Below are positions 27,426 to 43,505 of a stretch of DNA of 64,000 bases, piece by piece. The DNA is taken from positions 434,001-498,000 of the forward strand of contig JBEWZL010000163.1 in assembly GCA_045837725.1 (NCBI GenBank). Reading direction: 5' to 3'. Positions within the stretch are counted from its first letter, which is position 1; every line of letters starts with the position of its first letter. The stretch comes from Vermamoeba vermiformis (lineage: Eukaryota). The translations under genes were made by a program, and so were the position numbers. Below the pieces are notes generated by a model, which worked only from the letters and a program-made list of their open reading frames with translations, did no database searches and was not told where the DNA came from.

Positions 27426-28186
27426 TAGTCATGTCCTTACTTATTTACGAGGATTTACGTCAATGATGACGGAGATGAACAATTTACGGTGCACTTCCAG
27501 TCAGGCCTGAAAACTCAACTATCCGCAACTACCATTAACCGCACTTGACCTTTGGCTGCCAATAGAAGGTTTCTCTGCAGTTGCGGACGTGATAAGACAC
27601 AACGGTGCAATGTTACCTTACTTGGGGAAAGCATGAATACGGACACTTTAAAGTAAACGACACTTGACATAATTGCGTCATTGGTGGCAACATCAAATGG
27701 CTGTGAATGATTTGAAATGCTCGAAGTGTTTGTTCACAACAGGTCATTATTGAATATTAGTCCATAACATTGCGCGAAGCCCATCGCTCACTGTGTCGGA
27801 TCCGTTGTTTGCGAAGGTTATTCTCGGTACCGATACAACCTGTAACTACGACTATACATTCTATTGTGCGTGGTCGCCACTTTAGTCAATATTTAAGGCA
27901 CGTTAAAAGTCCTACTACCGTAGCATTGCTCCAATAGTTCGTCAAAGTGCCGCATGCACATTTGCTCGTTGTGTGATTTTTCATCTTCCTCTCACCATAG
28001 CTAATGATTAAAGCAACGAATAGTTGATATCTATTTCTTCTTATAGAGTACCTTCCTTGCAGTTTTTTAGGGTACATTGTTGACATCCGTCAGAATAAGT
28101 TCGGAATTCAACAGCACTCAGTTTCGGCAACCAAATTACCACTATCCGAGAAGTTCTTTTATTTCAGAAGTAATTAATCCAACATC

Positions 28187-29611
28187 ATGGCTTGTATTAA
28201 TTGTGGTGGCTCTCTTCAAAAGATTACAGAGAAGATCTCGGTTTGCTCTTCGTGTAAAGAGGTAAAACTCTAAAAATAATTCTTATAATTACTAATAAAT
28301 TTATAATAGCATTTTGTCGACAGTTTTAAGGCCATTGAAGCTTACGCTCGCGAAAAAATTGATACGATTTCTTTTACTATTGTTAAGCAAGGCGAGATAG
28401 CGCTCAAATGCAAATATAATATAAAGAAGCTATGCGAGAATATATTAAAAGCAAAAAACATTACAAAGCTTCAAATCATCTTCGAACATTTGCAACCAGA
28501 TGCGACAGAATCCTTAACCCTCTTGATATCAGGATTGGAATCCTTACAGGAGCTTGTTTTTAGAGGATACACGCTTGGAGAGCCATGCTTCCAACGATTT
28601 TGCGAAGTTTTAAAGCGAACCAATCTTCGTATCGCGACACTGTCGTTGGATGCACAAGAGTTGAAGAGCTTGGAGTGCATGGCTGACGCACTTAAGAACC
28701 TTGGTTCGTTGAAAAAATTGACAGTGGCCTTTTACGGTTCCCGAGACGAATTTTCTCGCTTGATCCGAACCGTAGCAGAAAACAGATCTCTAACGAAACT
28801 GAGAGCCAAAGCAATTCATCTTCCAATCAGTGATTATATTGATATACTTAAGAAGAATAGATCGTTAACGAAGCTAAAAGCGAATTTCGAACCAGAGACA
28901 ATTGACAGCGAAGTTCTCGTGGAGGCTTTGAAAGTCAACAACACGATCCAATCATTTTATTTACCGAAAATTATATGTCAACCGTACAGCACATTCATCA
29001 ACTCATTATCGACGAACCAATCGTTAACACAGCTGGATCTTTTGGATCACCCTTTGACACTTGACGACTATCAATTGTTATTTACAGCGTTAAATCATAA
29101 CAATCGTATCACCGAGCTTAGATTTGGTAATTTTACAGTCCTGCAACAGGAAGTTTTCTTAGAATTTGCGAACGGAATTAAACACAACCGTTCGTTGCGC
29201 CATGTTTCCATGTATGGAGGTGCTATGGGCATAAACGAAGCAAAAGCAGTATGCGAGGCATTGAAAGCTAATGATACTCTGACGCAATTATACCACTGGC
29301 AGCAGCATCAAATGCCCGTTATAGATCTAACAATACTTGCGGATGTGTTTATTGAAAATCGATCGTTGACAGCTTGCAGATTATTTAAGAACGATTTCTC
29401 GATATGTGATGCAGCGTGTGCGAGAAACAAAGAATACCAATCATTAATGATATCAAACACTATCGTCTTGATCCACAACATTGCGCGTACCAGCGCTTTC
29501 GAACAATTTCCGAAGGAGATCTGGCTTGAAATTTTCAGATGGTTACGATTTCCTGGCACGAGGAGCTTTGGAGATATTTCGAAAAAGATATTTCATAGTT
29601 ACCAATCGTAG
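28187..29611 (+). CDS. Zn-ribbon + RNI-like LRR + C-terminal F-box-like protein, copy 1
   Basis: Exon 1 MACINCGG...VCSSCKE splices in frame (intron from 28262) to LxxNxSLTxL repeats. C-terminal FEQFPKEIWLEIFRWL. Confidence 0.75.
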
Positions 29612-30130
29612 ACCAGTACGCGGATCACCTAAAAATAAAATTGGTTAAAAATAGACAGATGCACTTCCCGTTGCGGCCTTAAAACTGCCATTAATCGCAA
29701 TTGACCTTTGGCCGCCAACAGAAGATTTATCTGTACAACGGTGACGGCGCCGTGGGATACAACCAATGCACGCAATGAAGCTGTTCTACAGGTACTAACA
29801 GAGTGCTAAGCGACACAGGGTACTTGGGGAATACATGAATATGGACGTGATGCACTTCAATGAATGACACCTTGACATAAGCGTCATTGTTGGCAACTGA
29901 CATCAGTTGGTCGTGTATGATATCGTCTTGCTCTCACCAATAGCGAATTATTTAAGCAATAAATAGTTGATATCTATAAATTATTCTTACGCAGGTACTT
30001 CCTTGCGGTTTTTTAAGGGTACATTGTTGACATTCGTCAGAATAATTTCGGAATTAATCAAACCGTTTCGGCTAACAAATTATCACTATCCGAGAAGTTA
30101 TTTTATTATAATCATAATTTATGCAACATC

Positions 30131-31555
30131 ATGGCTTGTATTAATTGTGGTGGATCCCTGCGAAAGATTACAGAGCAGATCTCGGTTTGCTCTTCATGTA
30201 AAGAGGTAAAACTCTAAAAATGATTCTTATAATTACTAATAAATTTATAATAGCATTTTGTCGACAGTTTTAAGGCCATTGAAGCTTACGCTCGCGAAAA
30301 AATTGATACTATTTCTTTTACTATTGTTAAACAAGGCGAAATAGCGCTCATATACAAGTATATTACAAAGAAGCTGTGCAACAACATATTGAAAGCGAAA
30401 CACATTATTACAAAGCTTCAAGTAAGCTTCGAACATTTGCTACCAGATGCTACAGAATCCTTCACCCTGTTGATATCAGGATTGGAGTCCTTGCAAGAAC
30501 TTTATTTCAAAGGTTACACGGTTGGAGAGTCATGCTTTCAACGATTTTGCGAAGTTTTAAAAAGAAGCAAAATTCAGATCGTTACACTGGCATTTGATGC
30601 ACGCGAGTTGAAGAGCTTAGAGGGCTTAGGGGATGCGCTTAAGAGCCTTTCTTCGTTGAAAACATTGTCAATGGGCTTATACCCTCCCACAGACGGATTT
30701 TCTCGCTTGATCCGAACCGTAGCAGAAAACAACTCTCTAACGGATCTGTACACCGAAGCGACTCCTTTACAAATCAGCGATTATGTGGATATACTTAAAA
30801 AGAATAGATCGTTAACAAGGCTACAGGCGAATTTCCAACCAGAAATAATTGACAGCGAAGTTCTCGTGGAGGCTTTGAAAGTCAACAACACGATCCAATC
30901 ATTTTATTTACCGGAAATTATATGTCAACCATACAGCACGTTCATCAACTCACTAGCGACGAATCAATCGTTAACGCAGCTGGAACTGTTGCATCACCCA
31001 TTGACACTTGACGACTATCACATGTTATTTACAGCGTTAAATCATAACAATCGTATCACCGAGCTTCGATTTGGCAATGTTGTAGACTTGCCGCAGGAAG
31101 TTTTCTTAGAATTTGCGAACGGAATTAAACACAACCGTTCGTTGCGTTATGTTTCCATGCATGGAGGTACCATGGGCATAAACGAAGCAAAAGCAGTATG
31201 CGATGCATTGAAAGCTAATGATACTCTGACGGAGTTATACTACTGGCCGCAGAATCAAACAACAGTTGTAGATCTAACAATACTTGCGGATGTGTTTATT
31301 GAAAATCGATCGTTGACAGCTTGCAGATTATTTAAGAACGATTTCTCGGTATGCGATGCAGCGTGTGCGAGAAACAAAGAATACCAATCATTAATGATAT
31401 CAAACACTATTGTCTTGATCCATAACATTGCGCGTACCAGTGCTGCTTTCGAACAATTTCCGAAGGAGATCTGGCTTGAAATTTTCAAATGGTTACGATT
31501 TCCTGGCACGAGGAGCTTTGGAAATATCGCGAAAAAGATATTTCATAGTTACTAA
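30131..31555 (+). CDS. Zn-ribbon + RNI-like LRR + C-terminal F-box-like protein, copy 2 (tandem duplicate)
   Basis: Same exon structure as copy 1 and highly similar sequence, including the intron and upstream region. Confidence 0.75.
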
Positions 31556-31744
31556 GCAGAGAGCAGTCCTAGCGGATTAGGTACCTAAAATAAAAATCGG
31601 TTAAAAATAGACGCAAGATTGAGCAATATTCATAAAAGTTATTGGTTATTTTTGGTAGTTACGATTTATATTTAGAAGTTTAGATAAGTCAATTTATCGT
31701 TTCTTAGAAATTATTGTTTGGATCCGCTGTACCTTACCAAGGTA

Positions 31745-34412
31745 TTATTTCATTCTTATGCCAGCGTGTATATTTAAAAGTGATAAGGACGCTTCGATCG
31801 CCATAGAGAATTGAGCTTTCTTGCTAAAGTAAGGTTCCCAAAGCGCGATCTCTCGAAGATCTTTGATCTGGCCATCAAGTACATCGATACCAGTATATTT
31901 CTCGCCCTTATGATGCATTAATTTCATTTTTTCTATATTTTCTTCGACATTGAGTCCAGCATTGGAAAGTAACGTGATCGGGATCTCGAGCAACGCCTGG
32001 GCAAAAAAAAGACTATTAATAACGAATACGATCATAAAGGTACATCATAACATGTAATAGATGGTATTAGTATAGATTTAAGTGTTCTTACTTCGGTACA
32101 AGCTTTCATTGGCCATTGTTTCCTTCCATCCGTTTCTTCTTTCAATTTGTTTTCTAACCTTACGCTCATCGCTGTTTCAGTAACACCGCCGCCGAGTACG
32201 ACCTTCTATATAAATATAACAAAAATTAACAATTATGTTAGTATGAAGCTGATCCAGTACAAAATTTTCCTTTTTTGGTAAACGAATCGTAAATTTCGTT
32301 CTGTAGTACTTACAGGAGTTAAGATCAGATTTTTAACCACGCAAAGAGCATCGTAAAAGGCTCTTCTCAGTTCATCGAGCGAAATTTGGGTCGGAGCTGT
32401 TAATATAATCGATACGCTGGGGCAGCTAATCAGCGTTTTCTTTTCTTGTTGAATTTCGACGAATTTCACCTCTAAAATATTAAAATTAGCGCTTTGCAAG
32501 CCTCTCAAGGGTATTTATATGTACCTTTGACTTTTGCGACTTGATTTTTCGCGTTTGGTTTTGTTAATTGTTCTGGGCCGGTGATAGGCAAGATTTTTAA
32601 TACATCACATAGCATCTATACTTATATATTAGTATAATATTAATTATATTAGGGAGAAATGATAGAGTTTTCGGCCAATGAAGCGAATTATTTTTGACAC
32701 GTGTCAAACTATTGAACATGTGTTGCCTTATTTGGAGTTCTGCGAGACAAATATGGTACGTACTTCTATTTTATCGCGTTCAAGATAAGAAAATGCAGTC
32801 ATTTTAGCTTTTGACAACCAACTCTTTGCGCTCTCTGAAAGCGGCTGCACATCCAAACTGTTTTCGATGAATATCGTATTGACGCCTATAAAACTGTTAA
32901 TACCGACCTTAATACGTCATATTATACATACCTAGCTTCTTTAAGTTGACTACGATTGATTTGATGTGATTTTCTTGTTCGCGCAAAAGTCGATCCAATT
33001 GCTCGACGCCTTCAACAATCTTGTATTTATCGTTCGAATATTTGCTGTCCAGGGAGAACTGAAGAATTGCAATATTTGCAGGTGATTGAATTTGAGGCAT
33101 GGATTCACTGAGCGGCTAAATAAAAAGTTTAATAAACATAAAATATTGAAAAACTATCTCGTTAGTTTTAAACAGCCATATATAACCTTAATAATATCAT
33201 ATTTAGAGACTATAGTATTTGAGCATACTTTACAGTCCAATAAAAGTCCGTCAAGTCTTTGCGAGGAATCGATGGATCCACCGCAGATCTGAAACACGGA
33301 TAACTTCTTCAAATCAATCTCATTTGTATTTGAAATCGTTTTCAAAGAGTTAACAGCATCTACTGCCATCCTACAAAATATAAGCCCTAAGATCAGTAAC
33401 GTAATTGAGCGAACTTCGTACAGATCCGCAAGATCGCGTGGCCAGATCTGAACTTACCCAGCAAACTGAGGAATGATACTGCTTGGTAGTTTGGAATTTA
33501 AACTAACATTAGCTGTCTATATTATAATACGTTAAAGAAAGCAAAGAGAAAAGACATTGGATCGGATCTGGCAACTTACGCGCAATAAAATTTCTTTGCC
33601 TGCTTCAGTAGAAGGATCGAAATCTACCGCATAATCCTATTGTATTATAGTTATTATAATTATATTATGATAACATAATCAGAACCGTACTAGCAATTTT
33701 TCTTCGATGAAACTTTTGCATATTGAATACGCTTGTACAATCAGCATGGGATGAAGGCATTTTTCAATTAATGGCTTGGATTGCGCTAGCCTGTATAATA
33801 GTATTAGAATAGATGCTATATCAATAAACCAATCAACAGATTGTTAGAAAATTATTTTCGGCTTTTTTGATTTTCGCGGATCTGCACGTACAATGCGGCA
33901 GCTAAGACTACGACACTAGTAGTACCATCGCCTGCTTCACTATCCATAGCTAAGCTTAATTCTACCATTAATTTGGCTGCTGGATGATCAATCTGCATTA
34001 AAGATAAGGCAGTGGCGCCGTCATTTGTAATAATCATTCCTCCTAATGCAAAAATATATTAATTATTATTATAATAATTAAGAATATTAATGGCATTGAT
34101 ACCTTCTTCGTCTAGTAACAGCTTGTCTCGACTTTTCGGACCGAGAATTGTTTTCATAACATTTCCAAGTGCTTGACAGGCCGTAATATCTGAGTTTCAA
34201 TAGAAATTATTATATTTACACTATATATAGAGTTTTATCGCAGAGACCAAACAAAAAGAGCGCATCCAAGCGAAGAAAAAATTATTAATTAATATATTTT
34301 TCTTGTACGTACTGCCTAGAAGATAGTCCTTGCCACTACGATACTCAACTGTGCTTGATAAAATATTTGTCAAATTTCCTAGCGCAACTCGCTCTTGCAA
34401 ATAATTGTACAT
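31745..34412 (-). CDS. Divergent group II chaperonin (CCT/TCP-1 family)
   Basis: [81 protein letters not shown]. Confidence 0.85.
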
Positions 34413-34707
34413 TAGAGGGGACCAGATCTTTCTTCAAGATTATAGATTCGAAAGGGGAATAGGCGGCATTTGTACAAATATATTGGCGAGGTAGTATTGT
34501 GCCTATTTGAAGCAGTAACAACAATATCCCTGCGGGCGGAAATAGGACGAAATCTTCGTGAAAACAACGAAAACGAAAACTGCTTGAAAGGAAATCAGTT
34601 GCAATCACACGACTCTTCGCAGTACCTCTCGTCCTTATTTATTATTTTAATTTCAAAACGAACGAGTAGTGCAACAAATAAAGTACGAATCTGATCCAGT
34701 TATTAAA

Positions 34708-35820
34708 ATGTCGGATTCGAGCACTACTAGCACAAATGGACACGGAACACTTGCTCCACAAGTCAAGTCACAAGAAGCAGTAATTTCTGGCCTTGTTGAG
34801 GCCAATCAGGTCCAAGAACCAGTCAAGTCAAAGAAGCAGATTCGAGAAGAACGAAAGCGGAAGCTCGCGGCGCTGTTTAGAAAGCCTTTGACATATTTGC
34901 TGATTATTACAGCGGGATTAGTCGTAGCCACCGGCACCGTCATTTTCATGGTAAGATAAATTGACCAATTTTCTGTTTTTATTTTTTCAGATTTGCAACA
35001 AAACAGCCTTTCCTTCCGTAATATTTAGAAATATTCTAGTTATAATCATTATGGCATATTAATTTCCAAATCGCCTATCTTCTGATAGTTGCGGTATTTT
35101 GCGGATCTGCTTGAAATTCATTTCCTAATTTGTTCAATTGAATGATACAGGTCTTAACAACATGGGTACCGACAACTCCGGAACGGTACAACATTATGAT
35201 CGAAGTCAACGCGCAAATATTGACAGCTTTATTCACCATCATCCAATTTTTTTATTTTCCGTCGCGGATCTTGTACACAGTCCGATTTTTTCGCCACGAG
35301 GATGCAAAATTGCAAAAGACGTGGAAATGGTACGATCCAGCAATTCCTGGCAATAGAAAAATGTTGGGCTGGATTATTTTCATTTTGATGTGCAACACTG
35401 TCTTTCAATTTTTGGATGCGACAGCAATGTGGGGTTGGGACTTCTATACTAGGTAAATACGAATATATTAAACATATAGTCCTATAATCGGACGGCTATA
35501 GACGTGATTTTAGGCCAGATCAGACTCCATCAAACATTTTCTAATTATTTTTAAAATTCAGACCGATTGGATATCTTGTTGTCGCCTTAGCCGTTGCTTT
35601 ATTAGCACCAATAGTCGCTACGATCGTAGAATCAACGTATAAGAAGAAACTTATGAAGATGAAAAAACAAGCTGAAGCAGTGGAAATGAACTCGCCTAGC
35701 AAATCGAGCCATAGCATGGACCTTAAGATGTCTACTGCACTTAGATCAAGCCAAGCTCGTCCTGAAGGCAGCACACCTGATACCGTCAATGTACCAAAGA
35801 AATTAATATTCTATAATTAG
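34708..35820 (+). CDS. DUF2985-like multi-pass membrane protein
   Basis: IEVNAQILTALFT...FPSR, CNTVFQ...MWGWDFYTRP and several hydrophobic helices. Confidence 0.65.
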
Positions 35821-35983
35821 ATCTGAAACCAAAAAATCCTTGTAAATAAGCAACTCTATTTATTGTTAATAAAATTAATGAAATAATGAAGTTATTAGCA
35901 AAATTGTTATTTTATTCGCGTATAATACAATATTAACAAAAATTTGGATTCGGATCTCGAATGTAACGGATGAAATTTCAGGT

Positions 35984-37104
35984 CTACTGACTTCCAGCGC
36001 TAGGAAATACATCCACTTCGTTAGGAGTGATGATCATATCCAATATTTTATCGTGCACCTCCATTGGAATGTTCGGCATTAACTGCTCATTGAATGCAAT
36101 GCCGATCGTGAACGGATTCGGTCTGCCTAATTGTTTCATACGCGCTTCTAAGGCATGAATAAACTTATCATAGTACCTATAATATATAATTGTTATTAGT
36201 ATGGCTCGCACAATCTACAGAATCTATCCGCAACTAGCTTCTTTCGAGCGGATCCAAAATTTGAACTCTGTTCGTTCATTAAATACGCTATTACTGACAT
36301 ATATATTGTATAATAGTATTTAAAATATTTACCCTTTGCCTCGGCCTAGTCGATGACCATTGGTATCAAAAGCAACACCAGGAATAATGAGCAGATCCAA
36401 CTGGCCTAGTTCAACGGCTGAAATAATAGGATTAGCGTTATATAGCAATTGGCTAGCACTAATAATATTTAAAATTTTGTCGCGGATGTGGTCTAAGGCT
36501 CCAAATTTTTTTGTTCGTACAAACATACCATCTTCTCTCGGTATATCGTCAGTGGGTTCTCTAATGTTCCATTTATTCATAGGCAGTGAGTTCAAGTCTT
36601 CAGCGGAGTAAATTCGCACCATTTTCATCGTCGGGCCTGTAACTTGCGGCACAAACAAGACTTTGTTCGATCCTGGCACCGAATTATTAGGAACTACTTA
36701 TATGATTTATGCATGTTATAAAAATAATCGTTTTAGTATTAAACAAGGTCTTAGCTTGTTTTTGAAGCGAATTTCGATCGTGATCGGATCTTATTGACCG
36801 TTAGAAATTAATTTAATTACCTGGCCTTAATACATCCTCGATAATTTTATTCGTTGGAACTTCTTTGGGGGTATTCAAATAAACTCCGATGTATTTAGCT
36901 TTCTTGTATTGTTCAGATCCCAATAATTTATTCTGGATCAGGCTTCCTATTAGAAAATAAAAGTTAATACAATTATCTAAATATTTAATAATAATAGTAG
37001 TAATGGGATTAAGCTTAAAAACAATTACCTTGACGCGCGATCTCATCCGCCGAGAGACTTTTCAACAGCCCAATAATACGCTTACGGACGAGATCTTTAG
37101 CCAT
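35984..37104 (-). CDS. MTHFS: 5-formyltetrahydrofolate cyclo-ligase
   Basis: YIGVYL...EVPT, LFVP, NKWNIREP, DLLIIPGVAFD.NGHRLGRGKG|YYDKF, HDKILDMIITP. Start approximate. Confidence 0.92.
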
Positions 37105-37231
37105 CTCCTAATAATATATGTATTGTATATTACAAGGGAGTGCTAAAATAAAGACTTGTGGTATCCAACGAACTCAAACTGCTCGACAAAGGTTTCACTC
37201 GATTTTTGTTTTTTTGAAGAGAAGCAGATGC

Positions 37232-38701
37232 ATGGCAAAGCAAAACGAAAATAATAATGCCTATGTATCAGAATATAAATGGTACGCAAGTAACTTGTCA
37301 GCAAATCAGATAGAAGCGAGAGGACTGTTTGCGGATCCAATTATTCTTCAACAAAATCCTGAACAGCGCAATGAAGACCATGGTAACATTACATGGAAAG
37401 CAGTAAGGAATTAATTAATTTTAAAATAATTTTAATTTTTTTAGAAGCGAAATTAGCGCCTTGCAAATAAGAAGATAATTCTAATTCGAATTAGCAGATT
37501 ATAACATCTATTATTTATAGGCATACATCTTATCAGATTATTTAAAGAACAAAACGGATTTTCTGTGGCGCGGCAAAAACGTAATTGAACTCGGATGTAA
37601 GTGACTGAAAAACTTTTTTATCCACAAGCCTTTGTATTGATATTTGACTACAAAAAGGCGGTACTGGATTGGTTGGCTTCACAATGGCTAAACTCGGTAA
37701 GTCTGCCTCAGAAACAGATGCAGCACCCTCAAGTTTTCTGTTTGTGCATGTGACTCTCGCGTTATCGGAGCACTATTGAATATTGGTGTAATGCATATCA
37801 TTCGAGTATTAGAACTAATTTTTTTGCATGTAGGAGCTCATGTAACGATGACGGATCAAGCGCATATTACTGAACTAACAGCGAAGAACATTGAACTCAA
37901 TTTCAGCCATGGAAATAATACACCGACATTATTAGAGCTCGATTGGGGAAATTTTGAGTCTTCGGGCATTGATTCGACCTTTGAATTCATTGTCGGTAAG
38001 TTCTTGATCCAGATCTCGCCTCACCTACCAATACTTCGATTGAATATCATCTATATACAATTTATGCATGTACTTAAACAGGTTGATGGCGCCATATCAA
38101 ATATAATTAGCTTTAGAGTTTCGTGTAACGGTTGAAAAGTCGATCCGTCTAATAAGGATTGTTCATAGGCTCAGATTTACTTCAATATGACCAAGTGTAC
38201 GACGAGCTAGTAGAAGTCATATTGAAGTTAAGCAATGATAGCACTATTCTGCTCATGGGCTACGAGAAGCGGCGGATCGATGTCGAAATTCGATTTTTTG
38301 AACTGATTGCTCCGTTCTTTGAAATATTCCTAGTAAGTACTCATAATAATAATCAATTAAACAAATAATATTGATAATATTAAAATAGTAGTAGTTTAAC
38401 CTTGCCAATTCGCTTGCCAATTTGATAATCAAGAATTTAAGTTTATGATGCTTTAGTATAATTAATAATTATATATGTATCCTACTTTCAAGTCTGCCAT
38501 TATTGACGATTAACCGTTAAGGTCGAGAAAGAGCATCTGCATCCAAGTTTTCAAGATTACAAGCTGCGAGTGTTCTACGGCTGGAAGAGGAAATCACCGC
38601 TAACACCAACCACTTCCAAATATGGTGCGAGTGCAATCAGTTCAAAACCAAATCCACTGCCGAGTGCGCTTCGAAACAAACTGCTGGATCCGTTCGAGTA
38701 A
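37232..38701 (+). CDS. METTL21/family-16 protein lysine methyltransferase
   Basis: GNITWKA|AYILSDYL, GKNVIELG, GTGLVG, GAHVTMTD, ELDWG, IGSDLLQYD, GYEKRR. Confidence 0.85.
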
Positions 38702-38950
38702 CCGACGCAGAATGAATGGTTAGTATCGTACCTATGTTTGGAATACCATTTAATATTTTATTCAGTGAACTGGATCAGAAATTTGACTATTTAAAGGAAA
38801 ACCAAATTTAGATCTAAAGAAGAAAAGAACGTGCAATTTTTGGCTTTGCGGCAACGAGCCAATGACAGTTGCATTCAATCATGAAAATATTATTGTCACG
38901 CGAGAGTATGAAGACAACGTATTGAAGTAATTTGGAAGAATTAATTTCGG

Positions 38951-42166
<3,216 letters not shown>

Positions 42167-42493
42167 GAGCAATTGCCACCAGCGCCGGAACAAATTATTT
42201 TTGTAAATACAACGTGACGTGTCTTTGCGACCTATTGCAACGATGGGTGTTAGTAAATAGTTATATAAACGTAAAAATGCTTCGTACTTACTACAATTAT
42301 TTTATTTGATCCAAAAAAACGATTTTGTAAGATCGGAGAATCAATTACAATAATGCGTAATACGCCACTATCGCTAGTCTCTTTCACGTTGAGTCCCACT
42401 ACTTAAGAAAGAAGTCGGAACGGGGACACGATGTGAAACGAGAAACGGCGGGAACAGTTTTTTGATTTTCCTTCTTTATCACATGATCAACTA

Positions 42494-43402
42494 ATGAAAC
42501 GAAGCAGAACCGAGGTAGAATTTGACGAAGATAATACTGCGAGCAAGAGGCGCAAGCTTAACAAGAACGAGGAAAGCGTTGATGAACCAGATGTAGTGCA
42601 GCTCCTGCCGAAAGAGACTTGGCTCCACATAATATCTGGTAAAAATATTATGCTGGTTAATTCGATTGATAATATGAACGTTTGGAATTTTCGAGAGGTT
42701 AACAAATATTTCAAACAAATAATTGACGAATCTGCTGAAATATCTTGGATACGCTTGTACTTCTCTCACTTTGGCGGAATCACTGATCAAATAAGACATT
42801 CACCTAACTCTTGGAAACAAATCTATCTTGAAGCTCGATCTGGACTCAATAAAGCTGTCGAAGATCAGTTCGAAGAAAAGAACGAAGAAATAGCAAATCT
42901 ATTAGAACACGATGATAGTATTACTATTGAGAAGGCGCAAGAAGATTACGATGCCTTCTGGGAGTTGGTACATGAAGAAGCCCCTGATGAACATGAAGTG
43001 TACCAAAAATTAGCCGAATTCATGAGCAAGAACAAATGCTGCGCTATGGTACCAATATACTTGGGCTCCTATCAAAAAGATATTCATATGAACGTTTTTC
43101 ACATGTTGTTCGAAGAAAAACATTTTAAAACGTGGATCCGGTACTTGGAAGACAACGATTTCGATCAAATGGAAGGCGAAATTTTACTATGCGAGGAATA
43201 TATAGGCAACGAAGAAACAGGTGAGTATAAGATCGAGAACATTCCGCGAGTCTTGGATATGGCGGATATGTACGACACTTGCCTCCATTTTTTTGTTGCG
43301 TACTGGCAGAATAATGAAGAGCAATTGCGCGCGCAAATTGAAAAGAGCGGATCTAAAGAGCTCTTGGAGCGCATTGAACAGACCCTTAGCAAACTTGAGT
43401 AA
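42494..43402 (+). CDS. Intronless F-box-like protein with N-terminal NLS
   Basis: Bipartite basic N-terminus (KRSR...KRRK); LLPKETWLHIIS...WNFREVNKYFKQII...WIRLY resembles an F-box. Confidence 0.6.
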   Translation: MKRSRTEVEFDEDNTASKRRKLNKNEESVDEPDVVQLLPKETWLHIISGKNIMLVNSIDNMNVWNFREVNKYFKQIIDESAEISWIRLYFSHFGGITDQIRHSPNSWKQIYLEARSGLNKAVEDQFEEKNEEIANLLEHDDSITIEKAQEDYDAFWELVHEEAPDEHEVYQKLAEFMSKNKCCAMVPIYLGSYQKDIHMNVFHMLFEEKHFKTWIRYLEDNDFDQMEGEILLCEEYIGNEETGEYKIENIPRVLDMADMYDTCLHFFVAYWQNNEEQLRAQIEKSGSKELLERIEQTLSKLE

Positions 43403-43505
43403 AACGATCAATTAATCATTAATAAAAAATCAATTGTGGCATAGCTGCGAGTCTATTTTAAACTTAAAGGCTTGGACGAGATCCGTAAGGTTAATTATCA
43501 AAAAT

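Larger units (their letters stand above)
27490..31610 (+). repeat. ~2-kb tandem duplication (units ~27490-29655 and ~29660-31610)
   Basis: Shared upstream segments (gcacttcc...ccattaa.cgca.ttgacctttggc), near-identical intron, CDS and 3' end (cctaaaa..taaaa..ggttaaaaatagac). Confidence 0.85.
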
